In this document: in pieces, positions 1 through 14,329 of the stretch | How the letters are laid out: every line of letters begins with the position of its first letter | How positions within the stretch are numbered: position 1 is the stretch's first letter | DNA from: Octopus sinensis | Lineage: Eukaryota | Assembly: GCF_006345805.1 (NCBI RefSeq) | Contig: NC_043002.1 | Coordinates: 30,070,001-30,134,000, forward strand | DNA length: 64,000 nt | Direction: 5' to 3' | Notes under the pieces: model-generated | Databases searched by the model: none | The model's input: the letters and a program-made list of their open reading frames with translations, nothing else | What the model was told of the DNA's origin: nothing | Position numbers and translations under genes: made by a program

Positions 1-65
1 TATATATGAGCATATAAATTTATATATGTATGTATATACATATATATACATATATACATGTGTGT

Positions 66-101
<36 letters not shown>

Positions 102-355
102 CATGCATATATATCCATACCTACATATATGCATCATATATACATACATATTGACATGTAAATATGTTTTTCTTATATATTTCTATAATCCGCGCATGTT
201 TATAGTACATACGTGCGAGTATATATACGCATATATGCGTGTGCATGCGTGTATTTATCTATCGCTCTCTCAATCTCTCATTCTTAATCTCTCCTCCTTT
301 TTCTTTCTGTATATATGTATATATATATATAAATATAATTAAATATATATATATA

Positions 356-413
<58 letters not shown>

Positions 414-1018
414 ATATAATATTATATATATATATATATATAATATTATATATATATATATAATATATATAATATGTATATATGTATATATATGTATATT
501 TCTGTGCATGTATATTTGCATACATATCTGATTATATATAACAAATAATGCTGTATAAATATATGTGTGTCTGCGTGTGTACATCCTGGCGTGCGCTTGT
601 ATTCATACATAAAGACCTATACACATTTACAGTTATCGCATTTTGTTTGTCCAAGTTGCATGCCAGCCTGTGAACAATAGCAACGGTCAACAATACGTTC
701 AGTGACCCTACATGGCAACATCTCACTCTGTTGTCCTTTCATCGTGGTCATTTACTTCGCTTCTCTGCAGAAGCTTCCACTGCCTTAGGCTCCTTTATTC
801 GGTCATTGATTTGTGAACGGAGGGCTCTGGAATGGACGGGGCTGATTTTCTGGCAAGCTATACAATAGAACCTACATTGTTGCAAGCACATCTCTATTAC
901 ACACCAGTTGTTATGCATGATGCGTGTATGTATGTATGTATTAATGTATGCACCCATATATATATTCATGGACATATATATATATATATATGCTTATATA
1001 TTTCCGTGTATGTGTATG

Positions 1019-1054
<36 letters not shown>

Positions 1055-1115
1055 CAAACACATACACGCACACACACATATATATATATACATATAAATA
1101 TTCATACATATATAG

Positions 1116-1205
<90 letters not shown>

Positions 1206-1612
1206 CTATATATCTATATATACATAGAAACACACAGGCACAAATATGAATGCATATAAATGTACCTGATATCTTATATAAATGTTTATATTCAAATTTA
1301 TACATATATACACACAAAAACGTATGTATATACATATGGCAGAGCCAAATCGAATACATATCTTTTTGACCAAATGTTAGAATATATATATATATATATG
1401 TATATGCATACAGACGTACATTACATACATATATATGCATATTTATATGTATGTAAATGTATATGTATAAATATATGTTTATATATGTATATTTATGCCC
1501 ATATATGTATATATATTATATATATATTTACATGTATGTGTTTGTGTGCGTGTATATACATAGCTATATCTATATGTCTATCATTCTATCTATCTACCTA
1601 TGAATCTATGTA

Positions 1613-1687
<75 letters not shown>

Positions 1688-3255
1688 GCAAATGTTCATT
1701 GATATGTCCGTCCGTATGCGAATGTGCATCTATGTTTGTATCTATATATGTGTTTGTTGTGCAATTCTTGAGCTATATATGAACAAATATTTGTTCCTAG
1801 TTTTTATCCAGCAAATGGCTTTCTTACCATTTGAATGTTTTATTTTATGTATTTTGGTATGTGATGTTATATTTTTGTGTCTCCATCTTTACATGTTTGT
1901 CGCTGCACACACACATACACACACATATTTATATATGTATTTATTAGATATATGTGTGTGTAAATGTGTGCAAGTATATGTATTTCTATACGCGTATGTA
2001 TATATATACATACACACACACATATATATATATATATATGCACACATATACATATGTATATATATATATATGTATACATGTGTGTTTGCGCGTGTGTGTG
2101 AACATACGTATGTATATAAACTATATTCATGTCTATGCATGTCGTAAAGGAAATTCTTAGATAAAATGTGCAAAAATGTATCCTTAAAGGTTTATTTGTA
2201 CTTTGCATATACGCATACATCTACACAGGCATACACACACACATGCTCAAATATATATACGTATCTATGTACAAATGCATAGATGAACATATGCTTATAT
2301 GTATGTGTGCGTGTGTGTATTTTTGGTATATTTTTATGTGCATACTTTGTTCTTTTCGTTCCCATGTGTATGTGTCGGATAGATGGATATACTTAAATAG
2401 GTATGGTGGTATCTATTTAATTCTCTGTGTTCTATTGAATTGATGAAGTAATTCATTTTAGCACAACTGTGCACAGAAATATATGCACACTTGTAGAGAC
2501 ATAATATACATACCTATATGTATACGCATACATGCATACATAGATATGAATTCTATGTTATACATGTTGTGTACGACTAAGTACTTCATAAGTACACGCG
2601 TCCTTCCTTTTAATGTAAACAATTAAGTAACAAGCATAAACACATCACTAATATTCCTAATATCCTCTACCCTACAAGATCTGGATTCAAAATACTGAAA
2701 TACGTCAACAAGATTTGAAAAACATCTCCTCTAGATTTAACGTTTGTTACATATTTGCCACTGTGTATTCATGATGTGGGTTTTCTTAGCTTCATTGTCG
2801 TGGTTCTAAATTTTGTTTGTTCTACGTTCAGTTCGAGTTCTCTGTAACTTAAAGAAAGCACATTCCACTTACTATCTTTTCTTTTTGTCTTTTACATACT
2901 TCAGTCAGATTGGACTACGAGGCGTGCTTTGGGTACCGTGTTGAAGGCTTTAGTCGCACAAATCGACCCCAGGATTTAGCTTTTGTGCATATACTTATTC
3001 CATGGTGTTGCTTTTTTTTGTTGTTGTTTTGTCCAATTGCTAGCTTACGAATACTTAAACAAACCAACACCGGTTGTCATGCGATCTTAGGTAAAAACAG
3101 AAAGACATTGATACACACACACGCATGCACACACACACACACATTATATATGCACACATATCCAGCAAATGGCTTATTTACCACCTGAATGCTTAATTTT
3201 ATGCATTTTGGTATATGATGTCATATTTCTGTCTCCACCTTCACATGTTTGTCAC

Positions 3256-3305
<50 letters not shown>

Positions 3306-4087
3306 CACACACACATATGGCATGTTCGCACACAGGTTTTGCCAACCAAATTTACTCAAAAGGCATTAGTCGGTCAGGGGCGTAAATGCTGCTCAGCGGT
3401 ACTGAACTCGAAAAGATGCAATTGGCTAAAAAATGAGCTTCGTAACCATATAGCCATATGCACGTATCTTTTTTTTTTTTTTTCGGGTCTTTTTTTTTCT
3501 GTCGTCTCTTTTCTATATGTTAAAGAATCTTCATCGGAGAGATTTCTCTTCCAAATTTCAGGTCTCAACAGTGTGTTTTTGATTTTTTTTTTTTTTGCAG
3601 TAGATTGCCAGTCGTCTATACATGATATTCTGTTCACACCTTGCCATAGATATTTGATGCCTGGACGCAAAGAGCCGGGATAGATACTCTGAGCATTCTC
3701 ATCAGACGATTTCGCAACTCGGCTAGTAAGTTATCCCGACTTAGTCGCTCTTTTCCTTGCCTTTTTTTTTTTATCAACACTGAATGTATGACGAGCATAG
3801 CTGACCTCACAGAGTGCAGAATTTCAGAGTGAATACGCAACGTATTTCACCTGACGCTCGAAAGACTCTGACAATTCTCTGCTTCTGGCATATCTAGGAT
3901 TCTATACATAATGCTTCCCTCTCTTTTTTAAAAACAGTATGGTGTTATTTGAGATAGATTTCACTGTTATTTGTTATCGTTCGATTGAAAAGCGACCACC
4001 TTTAGATTTCTTCAAACGGATTTTATATTTTGCTGAATTGGGTATTGTGATATTTGTACGACTGCAAGAATGTTTGATGTAAATTAC

Positions 4088-4122
<35 letters not shown>

Positions 4123-5451
4123 GGTGAGAGAGAGCGCGAGAGAGAGAGGGGGAACATTAAGTAAGTCAGTTGAAAGATGAATATATTCATTTCGCCAGTT
4201 GATATTCATATGATGACGTCCGTTTCGCAGCCGATATCATGCACAAATAATTCATTTTACTGTATAATAAATTATTTTATATCTCTGCAATAGGATATAT
4301 GCTATAAATTGCATAGTACAGAAAAAATATTTTCCCTACATGCTTTTCTCTTCTGATACAAAATGAATAAACCATAAAACGAAATAGCCAATCACAGTGC
4401 AGCTGCTACTAATTGCTAATGACGTAATCAAACTAATATGATGTTTGTGATGCAAATAAGAGGTACATATGTTGCTCGCTTCACGCTCCAGACAAGATGG
4501 ACAAAATGACTGAAATCAAAATAAAAAGTTCGACAAGACTTTTTCGGAATATTCAATCATGAATTTTTTTCTCTTCTTTTGTCTTTTAGTCAGGAGGAAA
4601 AGCAGTGCTCCTGACCCATTACAGAACTTCCAAGACTAGTGAAAAGAATTTGTCCGACAACCGAGGTCCTTCTCCGATTAATTGCAACAGAATGAGTTCT
4701 GTTATATGCAGCCAAGAAAACAGGCTGATGTGTTCAATCGGGTGATGGATTAAGTTTACTCACCAAAAAGGACATAGTTGGATTTGATCTCTTAACGCTA
4801 GCAGCCGGTACAAACCCTGTAAAGTATCTGGTATTTTAATCTACCGCACTGGATTAATACTTTTTTACCATCGTGACGGGAGGAAATACAACGTTGATGA
4901 CCTCGACGGAAATTGAACTCAGTCCTCTGCGAGTTAGACCCAATAACCAGAGGAATATAAACCAATACTCTGATGTCTCCTCCATTTCGCTGATATGCGT
5001 CTTTGATAGTCTGTTTAAAAGATCTATAAAGATATACCTTGATTACATAAATTAGCCTAACTTTCGATTATAAATAATATTCCAAATGAATAATATTTGG
5101 TTTCGTGTATTGTTTTCACAGGCAAACTCTTTCGCCATCAAGATTTCTGAAATGTTCTCATAGGGAAAATTAGATAATGTAGCCCTGCAAGCCTTCGCAA
5201 GCATAAGTCAAACAGGGTGAGGTCATATCTTTTATCATATGCCTTTTGTAACTGAGTGACTTAAGACTAAACAAATAACTTCTTTCATATGTTCCATGAT
5301 CCTGGTTTCCTTCCCGTATTGAATCTCTGTCCCTCTCTCTTTGAATGTATGTTTGTATGTATATGTCCTTGTATGGATGTGAGTGTGCATGTGTGTGCGT
5401 GCGCGCTCGTCGGTGTATGTGTGTGAATTTCTTTACACACATACATGTATA

Positions 5452-5620
5452 CATGGAACAAGTATAGTGTTATTGGACACTCAGGAAAGAAGGAGGGTTT
5501 TAACGTTTCGAGCGGAGCTCTTCATCAGAAACATTGGAAAAGGAAAGATCCAAAGAAGGGAAGACGGAGGGAAAAAATTGTCAACGGTACACAAGAGGTC
5601 ACATTTTGAATTGTATATAT
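5452..5620 (-). mobile_element. Short PLE-terminus-like repeat (family A) carrying a hammerhead motif
   Basis: Shares GGAACAAGTATAGTGTTATTGGAC-CTCAGGAAAGAAGGAGGGTTT-AACGTTTCGAGCGGAGCTCTTC with copies at about 49210, 50541, 51410 (opposite strand), 55404 and 56810. Sits among TA/CA-rich tracts. Confidence 0.7.
5497..5532 (-). ncRNA. Minimal type I hammerhead ribozyme motif (family A), intact core
   Basis: Minus strand reads GUUU-CUGAUGA-A-GAGC(UCC)GCUC-GAAA-CGUU-AAAAC. This gives both conserved core boxes, a 4-bp stem II, a palindromic AACGUU stem III with a GUU cleavage triplet, and a short stem I. Confidence 0.65.
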
Positions 5621-5649
5621 ACATTTTGAATTGTTTATATATATATATA

Positions 5650-5800
5650 CCGGAGTAAACACATAAATGTGAAACAAGGTGGAAAAAAGAGTACTCAAAT
5701 ACCAGTGGTAGAGTAATATGCTTTATTTAAAGCAGCAGAAAATTCAACAAAACCTGTTACTCTGAGTTTCCCGTTGCCGTTCATCGGACAGTTTTTGCTA
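5650..5800 (-). mobile_element. Short PLE-terminus-like repeat (family C) with hammerhead-like motif
   Basis: GTTACTCTGAGTTTCCCGTTGCCGTTCATCGGACAG is the reverse complement of the motif at 56662 and 58068. Bounded by (TA)n on both sides. Confidence 0.55.
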
Positions 5801-5844
<44 letters not shown>

Positions 5845-5874
5845 CATACCTGTGTTTATGTGTAAGTGTTTATA

Positions 5875-5940
<66 letters not shown>

Positions 5941-6136
5941 ATATATATATTATTTAAGATCTAGGGATCGAGTTGTAGCAAGGAAATTAGTTTCAAGCAA
6001 TCCGTAGTAAATATATAACTCAACTTTTAGAGACTCTAGTGGTTTATTGAGACGGAAGGTTGTAGATTATTTCGTATCGAAGTACGATAAACTGAAAAAT
6101 GTTCATTTTATATTTGCCGGGTATTCGAATAAGGAT

Positions 6137-6424
6137 ACAAGAGTTAAGGAATGGCGTAGACAAGATCCGGGTTACATATGTTTCATAGCAAGCGGAATAT
6201 CGGAAGTGGTAAATATCCAAGGATACTCTTCAGGCCAAGGGTATCTTGATTGAATCGATTCTTCCATGTGTCACCAAGGTGAACTTTCATTTAGTCAAGA
6301 TAGCCTTGGCCAGACGAGTAGCCTGCAGTGTACACCACTCGTGGATATTTACCACTTCCGATGTTCCGCTCGCTATGAAACATATGAAGCCCAGGTCTTA
6401 TCTACTCTTTTCTGTAACTCTTGT
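6137..6424. mobile_element. Palindromic MITE-like / foldback element (about 290 bp)
   Basis: Outer arms 6137-6219 and 6342-6424 are imperfect reverse complements (e.g. CATATGTTTCATAGCAAGCGGAATATCGGAAGTGGTAAATATCCA vs TGGATATTTACCACTTCCGATGTTCCGCTCGCTATGAAACATATG). Inner arms are 6220-6255 and 6289-6324. Confidence 0.75.
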
Positions 6425-7999
6425 GTGTGTGCATATGTGTACATGATGGCTGCCCCCTCGTTATCGAGTATGGCCATTGCACGAAGCTTAACTGTTATTG
6501 GTGCTGTAATCGAATGTGACTTTTATTTGCCTTTTAAGGCAACAGCCAGCCATTCAGTTGAGACTCATAGCACCATCAACAATCATGAACAATATTGTTA
6601 TAGCGCAATGCCTGTACAAGAAGATTTTTTTAAAGTGAGGAAAGGCTGTGCACTGAGTCAATCCCACTCACTAAGCAACACCAGCCATAATCCGAAAAGA
6701 AGAACAAGTCAACATCATCGGTAACCAGTGAGCCGCAGGTTTTATGTCGGAGTTATCCCAGTTACCTGAGTTACCTTCTCCTAGAAGGATGCCCTAACAA
6801 AGGCTACGAATCCTTCACTCCCAATGGTTTAACCGTTCGATCGGGTATTCAGTCCGATTATTTCTATGTCCTCGCGCATGATATAGCCTTAAGCCTTAAG
6901 AAAAAAATGTAAAATACATACATACAGAGAGAGAGAGAGGGGGGTGTGAACAGATAGAGAGCACAGAGCTGCTTCCTCTTCTAATTGAAACAAGAGATAG
7001 CACAAAATACATATCATTATCATATGTAGATATCATTTTGATAATTATTTAAAGTTATGACGACTAATTGGGTGTTCTAATTTGCCTCTGTCACTGCTGG
7101 TGTGTCTGTGTCAGTGTCTGGTTAGCTTTTCTTCATATATACACTCTCATTCGGCTTCCGTTTGCGTGTGTGTTTGTGTGTGTGTGTTTGTGTGTGCGCG
7201 TATGTGTTTGTATATTTAGGATATTAATCAACCGTTTATTGGTTATATAGACACATGCAGATTTATATTTGGTATTCTATAAGTGTATATTTGTTTCCCG
7301 TAAACACATTCATATATATGTAGCTATGTATGTCGATATGTACACGCATGTAAGACTATGAGGTTGTAATATATGTCTACATACATACATACATACATAC
7401 ATACATACATACATACATACATACATACATACATTCCAAACTTATATTGTTACTTGACATGTCGTTGTTTTAAGATTCAATGTAATTCGCTGAAAGATTG
7501 TACTAAGTTCTGGACACATTTTTGATTAGTGACGGTTACAAATGAATAGCAATTTGCTTATAAACTCCTCTAGAGGGTTCAAATGATAGGACTGACTCTG
7601 TGAGAAGCAATGTTCTAATGTAACGTTGGACAGTGATATAATCTCCAGAGATACTTTGTTGATAATCTTGATTGTTTTTGCCAAAGCAAATCAAACTCGT
7701 TCTCTCTTTACGCTGATAAATGTTCCCGAATCATTATAACTGTTTCAACTCATGTGAAAAATGGCTACTCCGCTGATTGGGACAAGTGTAATACGTGTGC
7801 GCGTGCGCCTGTGAGTGTATACGTTGTGTAATATATGTATGCATGTATTTATGTATGTATGTATCTATGTATGTATGTATATATATATATGTGTGTGTAT
7901 ATATATATATATATATGTACATAAATATAAACACACATACAAATATGTATGGATATATATATACACACATATGTGCATACATGTGTATATGTATACCTG

Positions 8000-8045
<46 letters not shown>

Positions 8046-8049
8046 ATAT

Positions 8050-8082
<33 letters not shown>

Positions 8083-8127
8083 TGTACACACATATATATT
8101 GTGTGTGTATGCATGTATATTGAATGG

Positions 8128-8360
8128 TGAAGGCGCGTGGCTTAGCGGTCAGTGCACTGGGTTCACGATTGTAGGGTTGTGGGTTCGAAACCCGGCGGCA
8201 TGTTGTGTCCTTGAATAAGACCCTTTATTTAATGTTACCTTAGTCAGATCGGAGGCCCAGCCTTGTGACATTTTGTGTCACGCTGAATCTTTCTGAACAG
8301 GCTGTTCCTTTGACCCGATCTGCTTGAACCCTGGTCGTCATAAGCGATGAAGTGCCAGTA
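8128..8360 (+). mobile_element. tRNA-derived SINE
   Basis: A-box-like GTGGCTTAGCGG and B-box GGTTCGAAACCC, followed by TGTGTCCTTGAATAAGAC body sequence. Confidence 0.7.
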
Positions 8361-9165
8361 TATATATATAGATTATGAGTTTATGGATGCGTGTCTATTC
8401 ATATATCTGTTTGTTTCAAGATCTGTGTATATTCATTTGAGTGCGTCCGATCTATGTATTTGCAATTGTTTATAATGATAATGCTGTCGATAGCGCAGCA
8501 GACCTAAGTAAAAAATCCAGTGGTTCGAGCTTGTCCTCGTAACAACGATGGGTTTGACGCCAAGATATTTTACATTTTACTATTAACAGTCCATTTCACA
8601 TCGTTCTAATTAGGTGCCACAGAATGAAATAATTATTCAGTGGTAGAATTGTAAATTTGACGAGTGTTTTATTAGTTTCCAGTGTTGAGTTTATTTCTCC
8701 CTGCAGTTTCATTATAGAAGTTCATAGATTCCACTAAGTAGACAAATCACAATTCTCCATTTGAAAACAAAGTCTTCAGCCTTGCTGCGACTACTTTGTA
8801 TACTAATAAGAGGCACTCGTATAACATAATTATGGTTAGAGATTGCTGTGCTAATTAATTATCTCACGGGCTCTTTATTTGTCACATCCACTCAAGGTCA
8901 GTATATTCACATGATTGTAGTACAGTTTACTCATAATTTCCCTTTTGGTATTAATTGACCAAACATAACTTTCTCTCAATACACTTTCTCGAAGATAAAG
9001 TTTTGAAGCAGGTATTTGCGCTGAAATTATTTATAAAGTTAACTAACTTCGTTTAAATTAAATCTAATGCCGCCTGATATATTTTTATCACACGTGCAAA
9101 GGGATAGAGCATTACCCCCCAAAACTTCTTTGGCCCGTCAGTAATATTGGAAGTAAGGCATAATA

Positions 9166-9731
9166 GTGAGTTGTCCGAAAAGTTCATGCCGATTTTTAAA
9201 GGAAAGAAAAAGGTCAATAAATACTTGCCATTACATTTTTAATCAACCAAATATGAACCAGTTTGTTGCACAATGTGTCTCCATCTTTCCTTTAACTTGA
9301 AAATACCCTCTTCCCAGAATTGAGGTGGTTTCATGGCAGAGAATTCACCAAGGTATCTTTTTACGTCATCCAAGGAACTGAAATTTTTACCATTAAGACT
9401 ATTCTGCAGAGACCTGAATAAGTGGAAATCCGAAAGTGCAATATCTGGTGAATATGGAGGGTGAAGTAACGCATCCCAGCCGAGCTGCAGCAATTTTTGT
9501 TTGGTTCCCAAAGCATCAAGTGCCGATAATGAACTTTCTTATTTTCCATTTTACAGGGTTACAGAATTAACACAGGTTAGAGGAACATAAACCTTCTTCC
9601 ACGAAAACCTAGCTTAAACTGTGCTCTAAATGGAGGTGTAGTCAAATCCTATTTTATGGACTCAACCATGTTCTAAAATAAGTCGAAATTTAAGCTTCTA
9701 TAAATCGGCACGAACTTTCCGGACAGCCCAA
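9166..9731 (-). mobile_element. Internally deleted mariner (Tc1/mariner) element with both TIRs
   Basis: 30-bp TIRs at 9166-9195 and 9702-9731 (25/30 identical), each flanked by TA. Minus strand encodes the N-terminus MENKKVHYRHLMLW joined to the C-terminus ...HPPYSPDIALSDFHLFRSLQNSLNGKNF...ERWRHIVQQTGSYLVD*. Confidence 0.93.
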
Positions 9732-10261
9732 TAATAACCCCAGGCCAGAGAACTGTATCGAATGTATCACAAGAGACTGTACCCGCTAATACACGAGAGA
9801 GACAGTTGGTGGGGATTAGCAGGGTGGCAAATTAAGTCTTCATACAAGTAGAGGAGCCAGGTTTCCACATAAGTTTCCAACTACTCAATTTCAGTAAACA
9901 TGATTAAGTCAACTTGAGGGAAAGGCAAAATTCATCCGCATCATAAGCATGATGTATAATCAAGAGAAGCTGTATTGTTTCTGATGTAAAGAAGTGATCG
10001 ATATAGATATATCAACAATATGAAAGTAATTCAGAGGATTAACTTCTTGAATAAAAAATTGTATTTTATGAACATACATAGACCCGTACACAAGGAAAAT
10101 ATAGACTGTGTGAGTGTGTATATATACATGTATATGTCTTTGTGTTTATGCATATATATGTATATATATGTGTGTGTGTGTGTGCGCGCGTATGCGGGTG
10201 TTATATATAAATCGTATGTATATACATATTGTGAAGACAATATCATTTATAACACACACTC

Positions 10262-10293
<32 letters not shown>

Positions 10294-10383
10294 GCATATG
10301 TGCCTATGTATATTACTCTTTCTCTCTTTCTCACTCTCTCTCTCACTCTCTCTCTCACTCACTTTCTCTTTCTCTCCCTCTCG

Positions 10384-10424
<41 letters not shown>

Positions 10425-11189
10425 GCTATCTACACACAAATACAAACACATTAATCGCGATTTAGAAGATATCTATTATACGATTGAAAAATGTATTGTA
10501 GCGTTTGACCACATGGGACAAGTGGTCGCTGTTGATACAAATGTGTAAATATGTATATTCTTGCTGATGCAATAGAGAAGTCCAGGAGAACGAAAATCTA
10601 TTGCGCAATGTAAAAGAGAGAAGAATGAAATCAAACTGATGGCAATATACGAATTGAAGTATTTACTGAGTAAAAATGTAACTTGATAAATTCGTATCTA
10701 TTTCTACTCATTTCAGTATAGAATGAAGAAAAGTCTCAACTTTCCAAGTATTGGAAGCTTTGTGCAGACCTTGCTGATGCTCAGTGCTGAAATATATATT
10801 GACTCGCGAAAATCAACCAAGTTGGCCCTTAATTAAACTTGGCTATTTTCAATTATTTACACAGAACCAGGAAATCTAGCATTGAAGCCTTCGTGATCTT
10901 CCTTAAAATTGCATTAGAACGTAGAGAAATGAAAGCGAAGTTGCTACAAAGATGGTATAGGAAATGGCCTCTATTAACTTGTTTTCTAATATGGTACCTG
11001 CAAAAAGCTTACGGGTCCAAATAATTGTAGATACATCAGCACTTATCCCTAATTATTGGACAGTAGATTTAGTGGAGTGAAAAATCGGTAACAAAAATGT
11101 AAGAATATATAAATATATATTCAAATATGAATGTATGCATGCATGCATATATGTATGTTTGTATGTATGCATATATGTATTTATGTATG

Positions 11190-11223
<34 letters not shown>

Positions 11224-11682
11224 TGTATGTATGTATGTATGTATGTATGTATAAAGCATGTATGCTACGATCAACTAGGAAATGAAACTCAACAAATATT
11301 TTGTGTGCACAATTTGTGGCAGACCTTGACTTTCTTTTGCTGGGCTAAAATCTCAACTGCGGACGTATGAAAAGTGAACTTCCACCAACTTATCTGCTTA
11401 TCTATCTATGCATACGTGTCAATTCCGTGTATACCATATGGCCTCCAACGTCATTTTAAGATCGATAAAGGTCAGAACATTACTGCAGCTCTTGGTGGTC
11501 CAAATCAAATATGCAATTTATGTGGGTGGGTTTTTTAACCATTGTCTGGTTTAAAAAGCCTCGTAAGACGCCATGTTAGGTCTAAAGTGTAAGTACAAGA
11601 GGTGGTCAAATTCTGCTTAAGACGTAGACAACCATCATCACAATGTATGTATGTATATATATATATCTGTATGTATGTATGC

Positions 11683-11715
<33 letters not shown>

Positions 11716-11976
11716 TGTATGTATGTATGCATGTCTGAGTGTACGTATGCATGCATGGATGTATGTCATTATTCAATTGTATTTCAAGATTTCTTGTCAA
11801 TAGAGAGAGAGCCAGTTTCTAACCTAGATCCAAGGCTCCTTCATTGGAATTTCAACATCAACAACAGGGTATTTTTGTTTCTATGTATGTATATGTGCAG
11901 ATTTGTAAGATTTGTGTTATGTATGTATTCTCGTGCATATAGTTGCATATCTAGACATGCACATATATATTCAAAT

Positions 11977-12135
11977 GATAAACTTCTGGAATGCTTTACA
12001 GATTTTTACAGTTCCAGTGATGGACTGGATCTGTAGTCTTCGAATTAGCTTTCTCCTTTCTGGAACTGAGAAACCTAATTTCTCGAAATTGGCATCTAGA
12101 CAGTGTGTTACATATCCCAGGGCCTCAATAATTAC
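11977..12135 (-). pseudogene. C-terminal fragment of an RLE-type (Dong/R4-like) non-LTR retrotransposon
   Basis: Translates to VIIEALGYVTHCLDANFEKLGFSVPERRKLIRRLQIQSITGTVKICKAFQKFI. Homologous to 13675-14050, with DNA similarity to 31960-32025. Confidence 0.75.
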
Positions 12136-12150
12136 TTGTATGTATGTATT

Positions 12151-12184
<34 letters not shown>

Positions 12185-12794
12185 TGTATGTATGTATGTA
12201 TGTATGTATGTATGTACTGTAAATATTTAGATATATATGTATACCTGTACGTACTATGTATGTATATATGTATGTATATATATATATATGATTATACTAT
12301 GGCTTCCAACACTAACAATATGGAGGTCGTTATTTAAATCACTTCAAATTTTGGCAATGTATAGACTGAAAGAGATACAGTCCAACCTCCTACAATCAGA
12401 CGCTTCAGCAAAATTTTAGTAATGTCTGCACAAGCCATCGTTTCGTCCAGATTTCTCCTGTATTTCACCAATTTCCTGCAAGAAAACACACATTAAATAT
12501 AAAAGAGTATTTAAAAAAAAAAAAAAGAAAAGAAAGATAAAGAAACACATTAATAAATTAATAAAGAGAGTGAAAACGGGGAAAATAAGGTAAAGCCAGA
12601 AAAGTTAGAAAGCCTTATGCCTGCTCCCGCTAAATAACTATTTTTCGGACTCTGAAATTAATGTTTCGCAACAACTATACTTAACGCTTTTCCGCCCATC
12701 TCATAATGTGTGTGTGTGTGTGTACTTTACACATTTACGTATTTAATCGTATGTACACAGACACACATATTTATATATATATATATATATATAG

Positions 12795-12883
<89 letters not shown>

Positions 12884-12888
12884 ATATA

Positions 12889-12941
<53 letters not shown>

Positions 12942-13674
12942 ATACATTTATATATATATATATATATGTGTGGGTGTGTGTGTGTGTATGCATGCATATG
13001 TACATAAATCTGTATTATTGAATTCATGAGTATGTAATATGCTTGCTATCTGCAGCACGTAAAGTGACATGCGCATGAATGTGGTAGGGATAGTGGTAGT
13101 AATATTTCTTGGTGTTGATGATGGTAGTGATGGTAGGCCACAATGGTTTTGGAATTGTGGTGGTGTTTGTAGTGGTGGTGGTGGTTTGATGGTGGTGATG
13201 GTGATTACCTGTAGAAGGAGGAATAGCAGAAAAGAAAGAAACAATGTGATTTGTGATGCGATGTAAACCTTTATGATTAGCAATATAAGGATGTACCAGC
13301 ATCAGTAGCAGCAGCAGCAGCAACAACAACAAAACATGCAAGGAGATTGAACAATGTGATAAATAAAGGACCAGGATAAAACAAAAGTTACAGTGGGATA
13401 GGACGTGCTTGCACACGCACACATACACGCATGCACGCACTCACAAATATAGTCTACATATATTCATATATACATATTTTGCGTATGTATGCTCAATATT
13501 ATAAATGTGTGTGTAGATTATATATGTGTGTGCATATATATGTATATTTGTATGCATCTATGTACGATTTCTTGTAATTTTAATTATTTAAATTCTTTCT
13601 CTGCGAAAGGAACTGGCTTCTTACAAGGTTACAAATCAGCATCGGTAGAATGTAGAAAACAAAATCAACGTCAT

Positions 13675-14050
13675 ATTTGAAACCTGAGAAAGTCTTGCAT
13701 AATTTTCCCGTACCCACTTACACAATCTACTTGTAATTACATTACACATTGTACTTGTAATGTGCGAATCAGATACTTGATTTCTTTTTCTGAAAACCTT
13801 AAATTATCCAGATTGTCACTTAGGCACTTGCCCACATAACCAAGTAAATTAATTATTATTGGTATAAATATGAATGTATAATCCGTATATAGAAACTGTA
13901 GGGTTCGGAGCAGTTGTCCATAGTTAGCTTCTTTCTCTTTGATATTTAAAGTTATATTCACATCAGCAGGACAGCTGACCTCTATGACGGTACAAACTTT
14001 TTCTCTTGGCTGTCCAAACGACAATATCCGACCTGTTACGTTTCCACATG
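13675..14050 (-). pseudogene. RLE endonuclease/C-terminus of a Dong/R4-like LINE
   Basis: ORF reads ...EKVCTVIEVSCPADVNI..KEKEANYGQLLR..LY.DY.F.FIPIII.LLGYV.KCL..NL. This fits the PD-(D/E)xK restriction-like endonuclease region and C-terminal motif. Confidence 0.8.
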
Positions 14051-14329
14051 ACAAATGTTCTGATGGAAATTTCCATCAGTATTACTTGTGCAGTTGTTTG
14101 TGCATCTGTTCAATAATAGGGGGATTCTCTATAATTTTAACAGGACAGGCTTTTTTTCGAATGGCAGTGTATAGTGATTTTGCAATTTTGCGATAATGTC
14201 ATGCCGTATAGGAAGGTAGTATATTGATGACATTTCGAGGCAGCAACTAATCACGTGTGATATCTTGCACAGAAATATGACATAATCTATATTATCGGTT
14301 GCTCATGGATTTCAGTGTAGCTAGTCTAC

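Noticed and set aside
4385-4430. CCAAT box plus TGACGTAA (and TATAAAAG near 36002) as promoters
   Set aside because: Such short motifs are expected by chance in 64 kb, and no associated gene or CpG-rich context is seen.
12039-12084. Apparent novel 50-bp repeat shared with 31980-32025
   Set aside because: Explained as the homologous C-terminal coding region of the same Dong/R4-like LINE family.
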